Assembly: GCA_963779235.1 (NCBI GenBank)
Contig: CAVZXI010000014.1
Location: forward strand, 72,337 to 136,336
Reading direction: 5' to 3'
Length of the DNA: 64,000 nucleotides
Source of the DNA: Pyrinomonadaceae bacterium
Lineage (GTDB): Bacteria > Acidobacteriota > Blastocatellia > Pyrinomonadales > Pyrinomonadaceae
Part shown: positions 55,975-64,000 of the stretch, piece after piece
Layout: every line of letters begins with the position of its first letter
Position numbering within the stretch: the stretch's first letter is position 1
Translations under genes and position numbers: made by a program
Notes under the pieces: model-generated
The model's database searches: none
Told to the model about the DNA's origin: nothing
What the model saw: only the letters and a program-made list of their open reading frames with translations

Positions 55975-56574
55975 TTAATTCAATTCTACATTTTCAACCA
56001 AAATTTCTTTTTCATCATTTGAAATGGTCAAATTGTAAATTCCATCGGGAACGTCTTGAATTTTGAATTCGCTGAGTTCATTGGCATCTGCCAAAAAAGA
56101 CTTTCTATTATCCTTCAAAACAACTTTGCATCCGCCGAATTTTTCTCCTAAAACTTGTCCCATCACCGAAATTTTGCCTTCGTCATTGGAAATTCTGAGA
56201 GTTATCCCAATTTCATCGGCGCGAAAAAGCATTTGCCGAATCGGAGAAATAGATGAGCGTTCGCCAAAAGCTGGTTGATTTTTTGGCAAATCCATTTCCA
56301 AGATCGCCACCATTTTTTGCAAGAATGATTTTTTCGGCTCGGCAATATGAGTGCGGAAAAGATTTTTTGCCCAAACAATTAAATCGGGCGGCGCATCTTT
56401 TGAATCGTCTTTTTGTAACAAACTGACGATTTGCACAAACTTACTTGCTTCGCTTTGACATTTTGAACACACCTTGAGATGAATTTTGGCAAATTCCGAA
56501 TCATCCTTCGACAGTTTTCCGTCCGCCCAATTGATGAGCGTTTCGGTAGCTAAATGTTGGTTAAATAGTTTCAT
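55975..56574 (-). CDS. Putative anti-sigma factor (zf-HC2), apparently soluble
   Basis: HLKVCSKCQ matches the H-x3-C-x2-C motif near the N-terminus. It lies directly downstream of the ECF sigma gene. No obvious TM segment. The C-terminal part is beta-rich (KIQDVPDGIYNLTISN). Confidence 0.6.
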   Translation of the reverse strand: MKLFNQHLATETLINWADGKLSKDDSEFAKIHLKVCSKCQSEASKFVQIVSLLQKDDSKDAPPDLIVWAKNLFRTHIAEPKKSFLQKMVAILEMDLPKNQPAFGERSSISPIRQMLFRADEIGITLRISNDEGKISVMGQVLGEKFGGCKVVLKDNRKSFLADANELSEFKIQDVPDGIYNLTISNDEKEILVENVELN

Positions 56575-56648
56575 CTTTTTACTATTTCCTAATTTCTACA
56601 GTGTTCATCTTTTTTCCAAAAAGACACATTATTTTGATTTCATCCGAG

Positions 56649-57218
56649 TTATTTCACTAAAAACTTTGCCAATTTCTTTAAACATCTTGCCCGCAAAGGA
56701 CTTATACTGGTTTCGCCAACCTCGATGGCAAGTGCAACTTGGGCGTAGGAAGCAACCGGTTCAGTCAAATAAAGCATGGTCAAAATCTTTTGACAGCGTT
56801 CCTCTAAATTTTTGACAGCGTTCCGAATTCGATGCTGTTCTTCAATTTCAATCAGAATTTCATCGGTCAAAGGGTTTTTATCCGGCAAAGAATACGCTGT
56901 TTCGTTCTCGCCGTCATCAATTGAATAGCTGGGCTTCTTTTCCCGCACCACGCCCCAAGTCTTGAATTTGGCGGTAGTCACCAGCCAAGAGCGAATCTTT
57001 TCGGGTTGCTCAATTTCGTCAAGTTTTTCAAAAAGCGTCAGAAAAACCTCTTGAAAAACATCGGCTGATTGCTCTTCTGTTAGCCCCGCCCGACGCGGAA
57101 TCGTTATAATCAAACGTTGAAAACGTCCAACTAATTCATTCCAAGCAGTTTCATCGCCTTGACGACAGGCAATTAAAAGTTGAGCATCTGATTTTTCCAA
57201 GTTTGTCGCTGAAAACAT
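56649..57218 (-). CDS. ECF-type RNA polymerase sigma-70 family factor
   Basis: Region 2 (WNELV...DVFQEVFLTLF) and region 4 HTH (YAQVALAIEVGETSISPLRARCLKKL); 189 aa. Confidence 0.8.
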   Translation of the reverse strand: MFSATNLEKSDAQLLIACRQGDETAWNELVGRFQRLIITIPRRAGLTEEQSADVFQEVFLTLFEKLDEIEQPEKIRSWLVTTAKFKTWGVVREKKPSYSIDDGENETAYSLPDKNPLTDEILIEIEEQHRIRNAVKNLEERCQKILTMLYLTEPVASYAQVALAIEVGETSISPLRARCLKKLAKFLVK

Positions 57219-57418
57219 ATTTGAGATTTTTTGGGAAAGACTCTCTGTCCGTTAAAGTATATGTCTGATTATAATTTACATCAATTGCCGATAAGGTTTG
57301 GAAAATATTTTTTGGACAGATAAAGTTTTCGCCGTAGAAAAGGCATCTTTGTTCGTTATTCGCCTCACACACAACTTTGCAAGAACTGCGGCAAAGCCGT
57401 ATTTGAAACGCTCGTTTC

Positions 57419-57447
57419 TTGACACTTACCCTTTCAGCAATTAGTAT
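57419..57447 (+). promoter_or_regulatory. Candidate sigma-70-type promoter for ffh
   Basis: TTGACA (57419-57424), 17 nt spacer, TAGTAT (57442-57447), about 37 nt before the ATG. Confidence 0.45.
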
Positions 57448-57483
57448 TTATAGTTTCGGCTCTAATGCCTGAAGTGTATCTAT

Positions 57484-58971
57484 ATGTTTGAATCGCTGTC
57501 CGATAAGTTAAAGCAAACACTCAAAACTCTGCGTGGTGAAAGCAAATTGTCTGCCGACCACGTGGATATTGCCTTGCGTGAAATTCGCAAAGCCTTGCTG
57601 GAAGCGGATGTCAACTACAAAGTTGCCAAAGAATTTGTTGATACGATTCGGGTTAAAGCAGAAGGGCAAGCCGTTTGGCAAGATTTGAAGCCGCACGAAC
57701 AGGTCGTCAAGATTGTTTATGACGAATTGGTCGAATTGATGGGTGGAACTTCATCGCGCTTGGTTTTTACGCAAAAAACTCCAAACGTGGTGATGATCGT
57801 TGGTTTGCAAGGTTCGGGTAAAACCACTTCAACGGGTAAAATCTCGCGCTGGCTCAAAGATAATCAGGAACGCAAACCGCTTTTAGTGTCGGTGGACGTT
57901 TATCGCCCCGCCGCTCGTGAGCAGTTGAAAGTGGTTGCCAATGCCGTTGGCGTAAATATTTTTGAAGGCAAAGAATCGAATGATCCTTTGACCATCGTCC
58001 GCAACGCCTACACTTACGCGCAGGAAACGGGCTTTGATACTTTGATGATTGACACCGCCGGTCGTCTGCATATTGACGATGATTTGATGGTCGAACTCGA
58101 ACAAATCAAAGCGGAAACCAAACCTGTCGAAGTTTTGTTTGTGGCGGATGCGATGACGGGGCAAGATGCTGTCCGCTCTGCCGAAGAGTTTCACAAACGA
58201 GTCGGAATTACGGGCGTTATTTTGACCAAAATGGACGGCGATGCTCGCGGTGGGGCGGCACTTTCCATCAAACAAGTGATTGGTCAGCCGGTAAAATTTG
58301 TCGGAGTCGGTGAAAAATACGATGCGATTGAGCCTTTTTATCCCGACCGAATCGCGCAAAGAATTTTGGGGATGGGCGATGTTTTAACGCTCATCGAAGA
58401 AGTTCAAGGCAAAATTGACGAAGAAGAAGCGCAGAAACAACTGCAGAAAATGCAGAGCAACCAGTTTACGCTGGAAGATTTTCGCGCCCAACTCGGACAA
58501 TTCAAAAAACTCGGCTCAATGTCCAAATTGATGAAGATGTTGCCCGAACAAATGACAGGTGGTTTGTCGCTAACCGATGAACAATCCGAACAGGTTGAAG
58601 GGCAAATGAAGCGCACCGAAGCCATCATTGACTCGATGACCCGCCAAGAGCGTCAGAATCACAAAGTAATTGATGCGAGCCGTAAAACTCGAATTGCCAA
58701 AGGTTCAGGCTCCACCATTTCCGAAGTCAATGGACTCATTCGCCAATACGAGCAAATGAAGAAAATGATGCAACAGATGAATCGCGGCGGACTCTTTCGC
58801 AAACTCGCAGGGAAAGCAATGGGCGGACTCGGCGGCGGTTTGGGGAATATGCTCGGCGGCGGAATGTTTGGCGGTGGCAACGAGAACGATTTTGATAATA
58901 GTTATGACGAAACTAAGGATTCGTTAGGCAAGAGACTGAAAAAGAAGAAGAGACACAAAAAACGGAGATAG
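57484..58971 (+). CDS. ffh: Signal recognition particle protein Ffh
   Basis: GLQGSGKTT, DTAGR, TKMDGDARGG and a Met-rich M domain, plus a Gly-rich and basic C-terminal tail. Confidence 0.9.
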   Translation: MFESLSDKLKQTLKTLRGESKLSADHVDIALREIRKALLEADVNYKVAKEFVDTIRVKAEGQAVWQDLKPHEQVVKIVYDELVELMGGTSSRLVFTQKTPNVVMIVGLQGSGKTTSTGKISRWLKDNQERKPLLVSVDVYRPAAREQLKVVANAVGVNIFEGKESNDPLTIVRNAYTYAQETGFDTLMIDTAGRLHIDDDLMVELEQIKAETKPVEVLFVADAMTGQDAVRSAEEFHKRVGITGVILTKMDGDARGGAALSIKQVIGQPVKFVGVGEKYDAIEPFYPDRIAQRILGMGDVLTLIEEVQGKIDEEEAQKQLQKMQSNQFTLEDFRAQLGQFKKLGSMSKLMKMLPEQMTGGLSLTDEQSEQVEGQMKRTEAIIDSMTRQERQNHKVIDASRKTRIAKGSGSTISEVNGLIRQYEQMKKMMQQMNRGGLFRKLAGKAMGGLGGGLGNMLGGGMFGGGNENDFDNSYDETKDSLGKRLKKKKRHKKRR

Positions 58972-59046
58972 AGTTAAGAGTCAAGAGTCAAGAGTCAAGA
59001 GAAATAGTTTTTCCGACTCACGACTCACGACTCACGACTCACGACT
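58971..59046. repeat. Heptamer-periodic imperfect palindrome between ffh and rpsP
   Basis: gagttaa gagtcaa gagtcaa gagtcaa gag (58971-59001) faces cgactca x4 + cgact (59014-59046). The GAGTC/GACTC cores are complementary, 5 of 7 per unit. Confidence 0.8.
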
Positions 59047-59053
59047 AAAAAAT

Positions 59054-59665
59054 ATGTTAGCAATTAGTTTAATGAGAATGGGTACGAAGGGAAAACCTTT
59101 TTACCGCGTAGTAGTAAAGGAAAAGCGTTCAAAACGTGACGGGAAATATCTCGAAAACGTTGGAACGTATAATCCGATGATCAATCCGGCAGAGGTTAAT
59201 TTGAAGCACGAGCGGATAAACTATTGGATTAGCGTTGGCGCACAACCGACTGAAACCGTAGCGAGTTTGATTAAGCACAATCCTATTCAAACCGAAGAGG
59301 AAAAAGCTGTCGCACTCGAAGCGAAAAAGGCAAAAGTAGAAGCTGAAAAGTTGGCGCAAGCCGAAGCCAAGAAAGCTCTGGCAGAAGCTAAACGCAAAGC
59401 CGAAGAAGAAAAAGCGGCGGCTGAAAAACTTGAAGCCGAGAAATTAGCCGCAGAAAAAGCTGAGGCTGAAAGATTGGAAGCCGAAACTAAAGCTGCTGAA
59501 GCCGTTGAAGCTGTCGAAGCCGAAACTGTTGCTGAAGCGGCAGAAACTACCGAAACTAAAGCAACTGAAACTGTTGAAGCCAGCGCAACTGAGGCTACAG
59601 AAGAAGTAGCCAGCGAAGTTGTTGAAACGGTTGCGGAAGTTGCCGAAGAAGCGAAAGAAGCCTAG
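59054..59665 (+). CDS. rpsP: 30S ribosomal protein S16 with long Ala/Glu/Lys-rich C-terminal extension
   Basis: The N-terminus MLAISLMRMGTKGKPFYRVVV...GTYNP matches the S16 core. About 120 extra residues are low-complexity (AEKLEAEKLAAEKAEAERLEAE...). Confidence 0.85.
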   Translation: MLAISLMRMGTKGKPFYRVVVKEKRSKRDGKYLENVGTYNPMINPAEVNLKHERINYWISVGAQPTETVASLIKHNPIQTEEEKAVALEAKKAKVEAEKLAQAEAKKALAEAKRKAEEEKAAAEKLEAEKLAAEKAEAERLEAETKAAEAVEAVEAETVAEAAETTETKATETVEASATEATEEVASEVVETVAEVAEEAKEA

Positions 59666-59679
59666 TTTAGCTTTTCAAA

Positions 59680-59913
59680 ATGATGAAAGAGGCAGTCGAA
59701 AAAATCGTCAAGGCTTTAGCCGACAAACCCGATGAAGTGGTTGTCAGCGAAAAGCCGTCTGATCGAAGCGTGGTGATTACTGTTCAAGTCGCTGAAAGCG
59801 ATATGGGCAAACTCATCGGGCGCGAAGGTCGGACTGTCAAGGCAATTCGTTCGCTTCTTTATGCGGCGAGCCAAAAACACGGCAAGCGGTTTGTATTAGA
59901 CATTGTGGAGTGA
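59680..59913 (+). CDS. KH-domain RNA-binding protein (YlqC/UPF0109-like)
   Basis: 77 aa with GKLIGREGRTVKAIRSL (GxxG KH motif). Conserved position between rpsP and rimM. Confidence 0.75.
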   Translation: MMKEAVEKIVKALADKPDEVVVSEKPSDRSVVITVQVAESDMGKLIGREGRTVKAIRSLLYAASQKHGKRFVLDIVE

Positions 59914-60425
59914 GTCAAGAACTCGTTACCATTGCCAAAATCACTAAAACCCGCGGATTACGTGGCGAGGTGGTCGCTGATATTTTGACCGATTTTCCAG
60001 AACGCTTTGACCAACTTGAAAAGGTTTTTATCGTCAAACCAAACGGCGAGACTTCGGAAGCAAAACTGGAAAGGGCTTGGTTTCAAAAAGATCGGGTGAT
60101 TTTAAGGTTTGCCGGTTTTGACAAAATCGAATCAGCCGAAGCCTTGCGAAACTGCGAAGTTTGCGTTTCCGAAGATGAAGCCGTCAAACTCGAATCAGAC
60201 GAATTCTACGATTGGCAACTTGAAAATTGCGAAGTTGAAACGATTGAAGGCGAGAAACTTGGACGAGTCAAAGAATTATTACGAACCGGCGGAACTGAAG
60301 TTTTGATCGTGCAAGGCGCGGAAAAAGATTATCTAATCCCTTTTGCTGAAACGATTTGCATAACAGTTGATATTGAAAATAAATTGATTCGTGTAGATGT
60401 GCCGGAAGGACTTTTGGATTTTTAG
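59910..60425 (+). CDS. rimM: Ribosome maturation factor RimM
   Basis: I.K..GLRGEV N-terminal motif and a PRC-barrel C-terminus. Operon position fits. Confidence 0.85.
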   Translation: MSQELVTIAKITKTRGLRGEVVADILTDFPERFDQLEKVFIVKPNGETSEAKLERAWFQKDRVILRFAGFDKIESAEALRNCEVCVSEDEAVKLESDEFYDWQLENCEVETIEGEKLGRVKELLRTGGTEVLIVQGAEKDYLIPFAETICITVDIENKLIRVDVPEGLLDF

Positions 60426-60552
60426 GGAACGCCGTCATCTTGACGGCATTGAGCGCAAAGCGCGAAAACTTTCGAGTTTAATCGAAGATGAACTTTGCTA
60501 AAACACAGCTACGCCGCTGACGCGACGTTTGCCAGCAAGATGCTGGCGTTCC
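60426..60552. repeat. 127-bp structured element with hairpin-containing terminal inverted repeats (MITE/REP-like or small RNA)
   Basis: The left end ggaac-gccgtca-tct-tgacggc and right end gccagca-aga-tgctggc-gttcc are inverted copies. Each end is a perfect 7-bp hairpin, and the ends differ from each other by compensatory changes. Confidence 0.7.
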
Positions 60553-60558
60553 TAGCAA

Positions 60559-61254
60559 ATGAGAATTGATATTTTAACAATTTTTCCCGAATTTTTTACG
60601 GAAGTTTTCGACTTCGGAATTATTCGCCGTGCCAGACAAGCAGGAATTGTTGAGATAAATATTTACGATATTCGTTCTTTTACAATCGGCAAACGTCAAA
60701 TGACGGATGATCGCCCGTTTGGTGGTGGTGACGGAATGGTGATGAAAGCCGAACCGATTTTTCGGGCAATTGAGCAAATCATCGGCACTTGCGAACGTGA
60801 AAAATATCCAAGCGGAACGCGAGTCGTGCTTTTAACCCCGCAAGGTCGCGTTTTCAAACAGTCTGTAGCCAAAGAATTTGCTGATGAAGCCAAACATTTC
60901 GTAATGATTTGCGGACGTTACGAGGGAATTGACGAAAGAGTCAATGAAGCCTTAGTGACAGACGAAATTTCAATCGGCGATTATGTTTTATCGGGTGGAG
61001 AATCGGCGGCAATCGTTGTTACTGATGCAATCGTTAGACTTTTGCCGAACGCTTTAGGGAGTGAAACATCCGCCGAAAATGATTCTTTTTCCGATGGATT
61101 ACTTGATTTTCCGCATTATACGCAACCGAGAGATTTTCGCGGAATGCAAGTTCCCGAAGTTTTATTGGGCGGTAATCACGCCGAAATTGAAAAATGGCGT
61201 AAAGAAAAAGCGTTGGAAAAAACTAAAAAATTTAGACCGGATTTATTAAATTAA
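60559..61254 (+). CDS. trmD: tRNA (guanine37-N1)-methyltransferase TrmD
   Basis: [11 protein letters not shown]..., [20 protein letters not shown] and [11 protein letters not shown] motifs. Confidence 0.9.
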   Translation: MRIDILTIFPEFFTEVFDFGIIRRARQAGIVEINIYDIRSFTIGKRQMTDDRPFGGGDGMVMKAEPIFRAIEQIIGTCEREKYPSGTRVVLLTPQGRVFKQSVAKEFADEAKHFVMICGRYEGIDERVNEALVTDEISIGDYVLSGGESAAIVVTDAIVRLLPNALGSETSAENDSFSDGLLDFPHYTQPRDFRGMQVPEVLLGGNHAEIEKWRKEKALEKTKKFRPDLLN

Positions 61255-61445
61255 GGAGAATGGTTGAAGTGAAGAGTTCAAGGTGAATTAAAGGCAAAAT
61301 GAGAGCTGAAACTTTTATCAAAAAGCTAAATTAAAAACACTTTGAACAAGCGCAAATTGAAAAAATATTTAGGATAACAGGGCAAATTTTGCCTTTTACC
61401 TTTTTACTTTTTCCTTTCCCGCAGTCACCTCTCACTTTTAGAAAA

Positions 61446-61823
61446 ATGAATACATTAGATAGTATTGAAAAAACACAATTGAAAGAAAATTTGCCGGACT
61501 TTAAAGCCGGAGATACGGTTCGAGTTCACGTCCGTATTCAAGAAGGAAACAAAGAACGTCTGCAAATCTTTGAAGGACTTTGCATCGCTCGCAAACACGG
61601 CGGCGCACGCGAAACCGTAACCGTTCGTAAAATCAGTTTTGGCGTTGGCGTAGAAAGAATTTTCCCACTTCACGCCACCATTATTGACCATATTGATTTA
61701 GTTCGGCGTGGTCGCGTGCGTCGCGCTAAACTGTATTATTTGCGTGCTTTACGCGGAAAAGCAGCTCGTATTAAAGAGCTTGATACCCGTAATAAAGATG
61801 CTGCGAAAGCAGGCAAAAAATAG
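61446..61823 (+). CDS. rplS: 50S ribosomal protein L19
   Basis: MNTLDSIEK...[22 protein letters not shown]. The upstream extension to 61389 translates a tandem repeat, so I reject it. Confidence 0.9.
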   Translation: MNTLDSIEKTQLKENLPDFKAGDTVRVHVRIQEGNKERLQIFEGLCIARKHGGARETVTVRKISFGVGVERIFPLHATIIDHIDLVRRGRVRRAKLYYLRALRGKAARIKELDTRNKDAAKAGKK

Positions 61824-61830
61824 GCGATTT

Positions 61831-61908
61831 GGGAGACACGGAGAGTGGGAGACGCGGAGAGATTATTATTTCAATTTGAAGAATCATCTCCCCGCGTTTC
61901 TGTGTTTG
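61831..61908. repeat. Degenerate member of the CACGGAG/CACAGAG palindrome family at the rplS-rnhB junction
   Basis: Tandem gggagacacggagagt / gggagacgcggagaga faces tctccccgcgtttctgtgtttg. The inner 14 nt are 12 of 14 complementary, with a loop of about 25 nt. Confidence 0.6.
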
Positions 61909-62513
61909 AAAATTCCTCTATTAGTCTGAATTTTGAACAGCAAGCAATCTCTGAGGGCTATAAGTTTATCGCCGGAGTGGATGAAGTTGGGCGCGGTTGT
62001 CTAGCAGGTTGTGTCGTAGCGGCGGCAGTCATTTTGGATTTGTCAAAGCCAATCCCGCTCAGCTTGAATGATTCCAAAAAACTCTCGGCAAAAAAGCGCG
62101 AAAGTCTTGATTCACAAATCAAAGAAAATGCGTTAAGTTATGCCATTGCACAAGTTGAAGCAGACGAGATTGATAAAATAAACATCCTCGAAGCAACCAA
62201 AAAAGCAATGCGCCTGGCAATTGAAAAATTATCTCCAAACGCTGATTTTCTGTTGATTGATGCCGTCCAACTCAAAACAGTTTTCCTTCCGCAAAAAGCC
62301 ATTATTCATGGTGACGCGATTTCCGCCTCAATCGCCGCCGCTTCCATCATTGCCAAAAATTATCGTGACAATTTAATGCGAGAGATGGACGAAATCTATC
62401 CCGAATACGGTTTTGCACGACACGTTGGCTACGGGACAAAAGCGCATTTTGCAGCCTTACGCAGACACGGCGCGTGCGAGATTCACCGCAAATCTTTTCG
62501 TAGCGTTTTATGA
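61902..62513 (+). CDS. rnhB: Ribonuclease HII
   Basis: GVDEVGRGCLAG, LNDSKKLS, DAVQLK...HGDA...IAAASIIAK. The start is uncertain: the GTG at 61902 gives a typical length, while the GTG at 61845 lies inside the repeat. Confidence 0.8.
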   Translation: MFENSSISLNFEQQAISEGYKFIAGVDEVGRGCLAGCVVAAAVILDLSKPIPLSLNDSKKLSAKKRESLDSQIKENALSYAIAQVEADEIDKINILEATKKAMRLAIEKLSPNADFLLIDAVQLKTVFLPQKAIIHGDAISASIAAASIIAKNYRDNLMREMDEIYPEYGFARHVGYGTKAHFAALRRHGACEIHRKSFRSVL

Positions 62514-62614
62514 ATTGTCAAACAACCTGATTTTTATCGGAAAGCCGACAAGTTTAAAGATTTCAGGCTTTTTTGTTTATCTCACGTCTTTGTAGTAATT
62601 TATTGTTTTACCCG

Positions 62615-64000
62615 ATGAAAAATTTTGCTGAAACAATTCTCAACGAATTCCCGAAACGAAAAGTTGTCATCATCGGCGATTTGGTTGCCGATCAATTTTT
62701 GCGAGGCACGATTGCACGGGTTTCGCGTGAAGCTCCCGTATTTATTTTGCATCATGATGAAACCGAAACTTTGGCAGGTGGCGCGGCAAATGCGGCGGTC
62801 AATGTCGCAAGTTTGGGTGGAAAATCGGTCGTGGTTGGGGTCATTGGAGATGACTCAAACGGCAAAACGTTGCAAGCAAGTCTAAATGAATCAAAGGTTA
62901 ATTGTGATTTTTTAGTAACTTCCGCAAGTTTTCAGACCACCACTAAAATTCGGGTTTTAGCCGGACACGAATTTTCTCCGCGCCAGCAAATGATTCGGAT
63001 TGATTACGAAAACAAAGAATCGCTTGACCCAGAGACTTTGGAAAAACTGAAACAAAATGTTATTTCAGCAATGAACGGGGCGGACGCTATCGTTATTTCA
63101 GATTACAATTACGGCGTGGCAAATGTTGAAATTATTCAACTTGTGTCAGAATTTGCCGGCGAAAAGAAAATTCCTCTGCTGGTAGATTCGCGTTTTCGTC
63201 TGCCAAATTTTCCTTTCGCCACTTCGGCTACGCCAAATCAGGAAGAGGTCGAACAAATTTTGGGCAAAGATTTTAGCGAACAAGATTGCATTGGACTGTT
63301 AGAAAAACTCGACTTTGACTCCTTGCTCATCACTCGCGGAAACAAAGGGATGTTATTGATTGAGAAGGACAAAACGCTTTTGCGTCTGGAAGCTATAGGC
63401 TCAAAAGAACCGGTTGACGTAACCGGCGCGGGCGATACGGTCATCGCCACTTACGCTTTGAGTTTGGCTTCAAATTTGAGTTTCGGTGAAAGTGCAAACA
63501 TTGCCAATCACGCTGGCGGAATAGTGGTGATGAAAAAAGGGACGGCTTCGGTCATACCCAAAGAATTACTCGAATCGCTCAACAAATTTGGAGAACAGCG
63601 AGAAAGCGCAAACTTTATGAATGCTCCAGTTTTAGAACGTCAACAGCTAATTGCAAGAGTGGCGATTGAACGCCGAGACGGAGCAAAAGTCGTGCTTGCG
63701 AATGGCTGTTTTGACCTTTTTCACGTTGGACATATTCGATATTTGGCGGGTGCAAAGGCTTTGGGCGATATTTTGATTGTCGGGATAAATTCGGATGAGC
63801 AAGTCAGAAAATTAAAGGGTGAAAACCGTCCATTTATGCCCGAAAATGAACGGGCTGAAATCGTTTCGGCATTGAAATTTGTTGATTTCGTGACGATTTT
63901 TCCCGAAGCTACAGTTACAGAATTGATTCGCGCGATTCGTCCCGATTTTCACGCCAAAGGCACGGATTATACGACCGAAACCGTCCCCGAACGCGAAATT
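62615..64000 (+). CDS. hldE: Bifunctional D-beta-D-heptose 7-phosphate kinase / D-beta-D-heptose 1-phosphate adenylyltransferase (3' end outside the window)
   Basis: I translated this by hand from the ATG at 62615. It stays open to the window end (462 codons). It has a pfkB-type kinase ([12 protein letters not shown]..., [10 protein letters not shown]) and then a cytidylyltransferase motif ([15 protein letters not shown]). It is absent from the ORF track because no stop codon lies in the window. Confidence 0.85.
   Translation, partial: MKNFAETILNEFPKRKVVIIGDLVADQFLRGTIARVSREAPVFILHHDETETLAGGAANAAVNVASLGGKSVVVGVIGDDSNGKTLQASLNESKVNCDFLVTSASFQTTTKIRVLAGHEFSPRQQMIRIDYENKESLDPETLEKLKQNVISAMNGADAIVISDYNYGVANVEIIQLVSEFAGEKKIPLLVDSRFRLPNFPFATSATPNQEEVEQILGKDFSEQDCIGLLEKLDFDSLLITRGNKGMLLIEKDKTLLRLEAIGSKEPVDVTGAGDTVIATYALSLASNLSFGESANIANHAGGIVVMKKGTASVIPKELLESLNKFGEQRESANFMNAPVLERQQLIARVAIERRDGAKVVLANGCFDLFHVGHIRYLAGAKALGDILIVGINSDEQVRKLKGENRPFMPENERAEIVSALKFVDFVTIFPEATVTELIRAIRPDFHAKGTDYTTETVPEREI

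Noticed and set aside
61389-61445. A 19-codon N-terminal extension of L19 ([19 protein letters not shown]).
   Set aside because: It is the translation of the CCTTTTA heptamer run. L19 homology begins at the Met at 61446.
62625-62885. The track ORF of 86 aa ([13 protein letters not shown]...).
   Set aside because: It is out of frame within hldE. The frame starting at 62615 encodes clear RfaE/HldE kinase and adenylyltransferase motifs and stays open to the window end.

Overview
This is a 64 kb chromosomal window from a diderm (Gram-negative-type) bacterium. It looks moderately AT-rich by eye and uses clear AGGAGG-type ribosome binding sites. I cannot assign a taxon from sequence alone.

Housekeeping content:
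- tesA with the divergent ybbA/ybbP ABC pair, rdgB, tRNA-Pro(UGG) and HU.
- A TamB plus large Omp85 pair, ribBA and clpC.
- The outer-membrane/lipid A block bamA-skp-skp-fabZ-lpxA-lpxI.
- The ffh and rpsP-KH-rimM-trmD-rplS-rnhB block, then a 3'-truncated hldE.

Accessory content:
1. 8.3-13.3 kb: a co-directional NAD-salvage/ADP-ribose-processing island (NadM-Nudix, NADAR, TIGR02452 macro/PARG-like, NadV). Two AT-rich single-gene cassettes in it are each bracketed by inverted CACAGAG-type repeat arms.
2. 23.2-27.3 kb: a decay zone holding a multiply frameshifted lolE-like permease, a retropepsin-like gene with an in-frame TGA, a degraded DDE-transposase IS with recognisable terminal inverted repeats, and a truncated subtilase propeptide.
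3. 36.9-51.6 kb: a ten-gene, translationally coupled minus-strand exopolysaccharide-type operon. It combines a processive GT2 synthase, a TPR/barrel protein, an OM barrel, a GT-deacetylase fusion, an MsbA-like exporter, two APH-fold kinases, a heparinase II/III-like protein and two further GTs.
4. 51.7-57.2 kb: an ECF sigma / zf-HC2 anti-sigma / TPR-CHAT / S8 subtilase module.

Two themes recur across the window. First, gene junctions carry palindromic elements built from tandem 7-9 nt units. Second, there are unusually many gene-disrupting lesions (in-frame stops, frameshifts), concentrated in accessory genes but also touching tamB, ribBA and the EPS TPR/barrel gene.

All functional calls rest on motifs I recognised by eye in the supplied translations. 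No database search was run.
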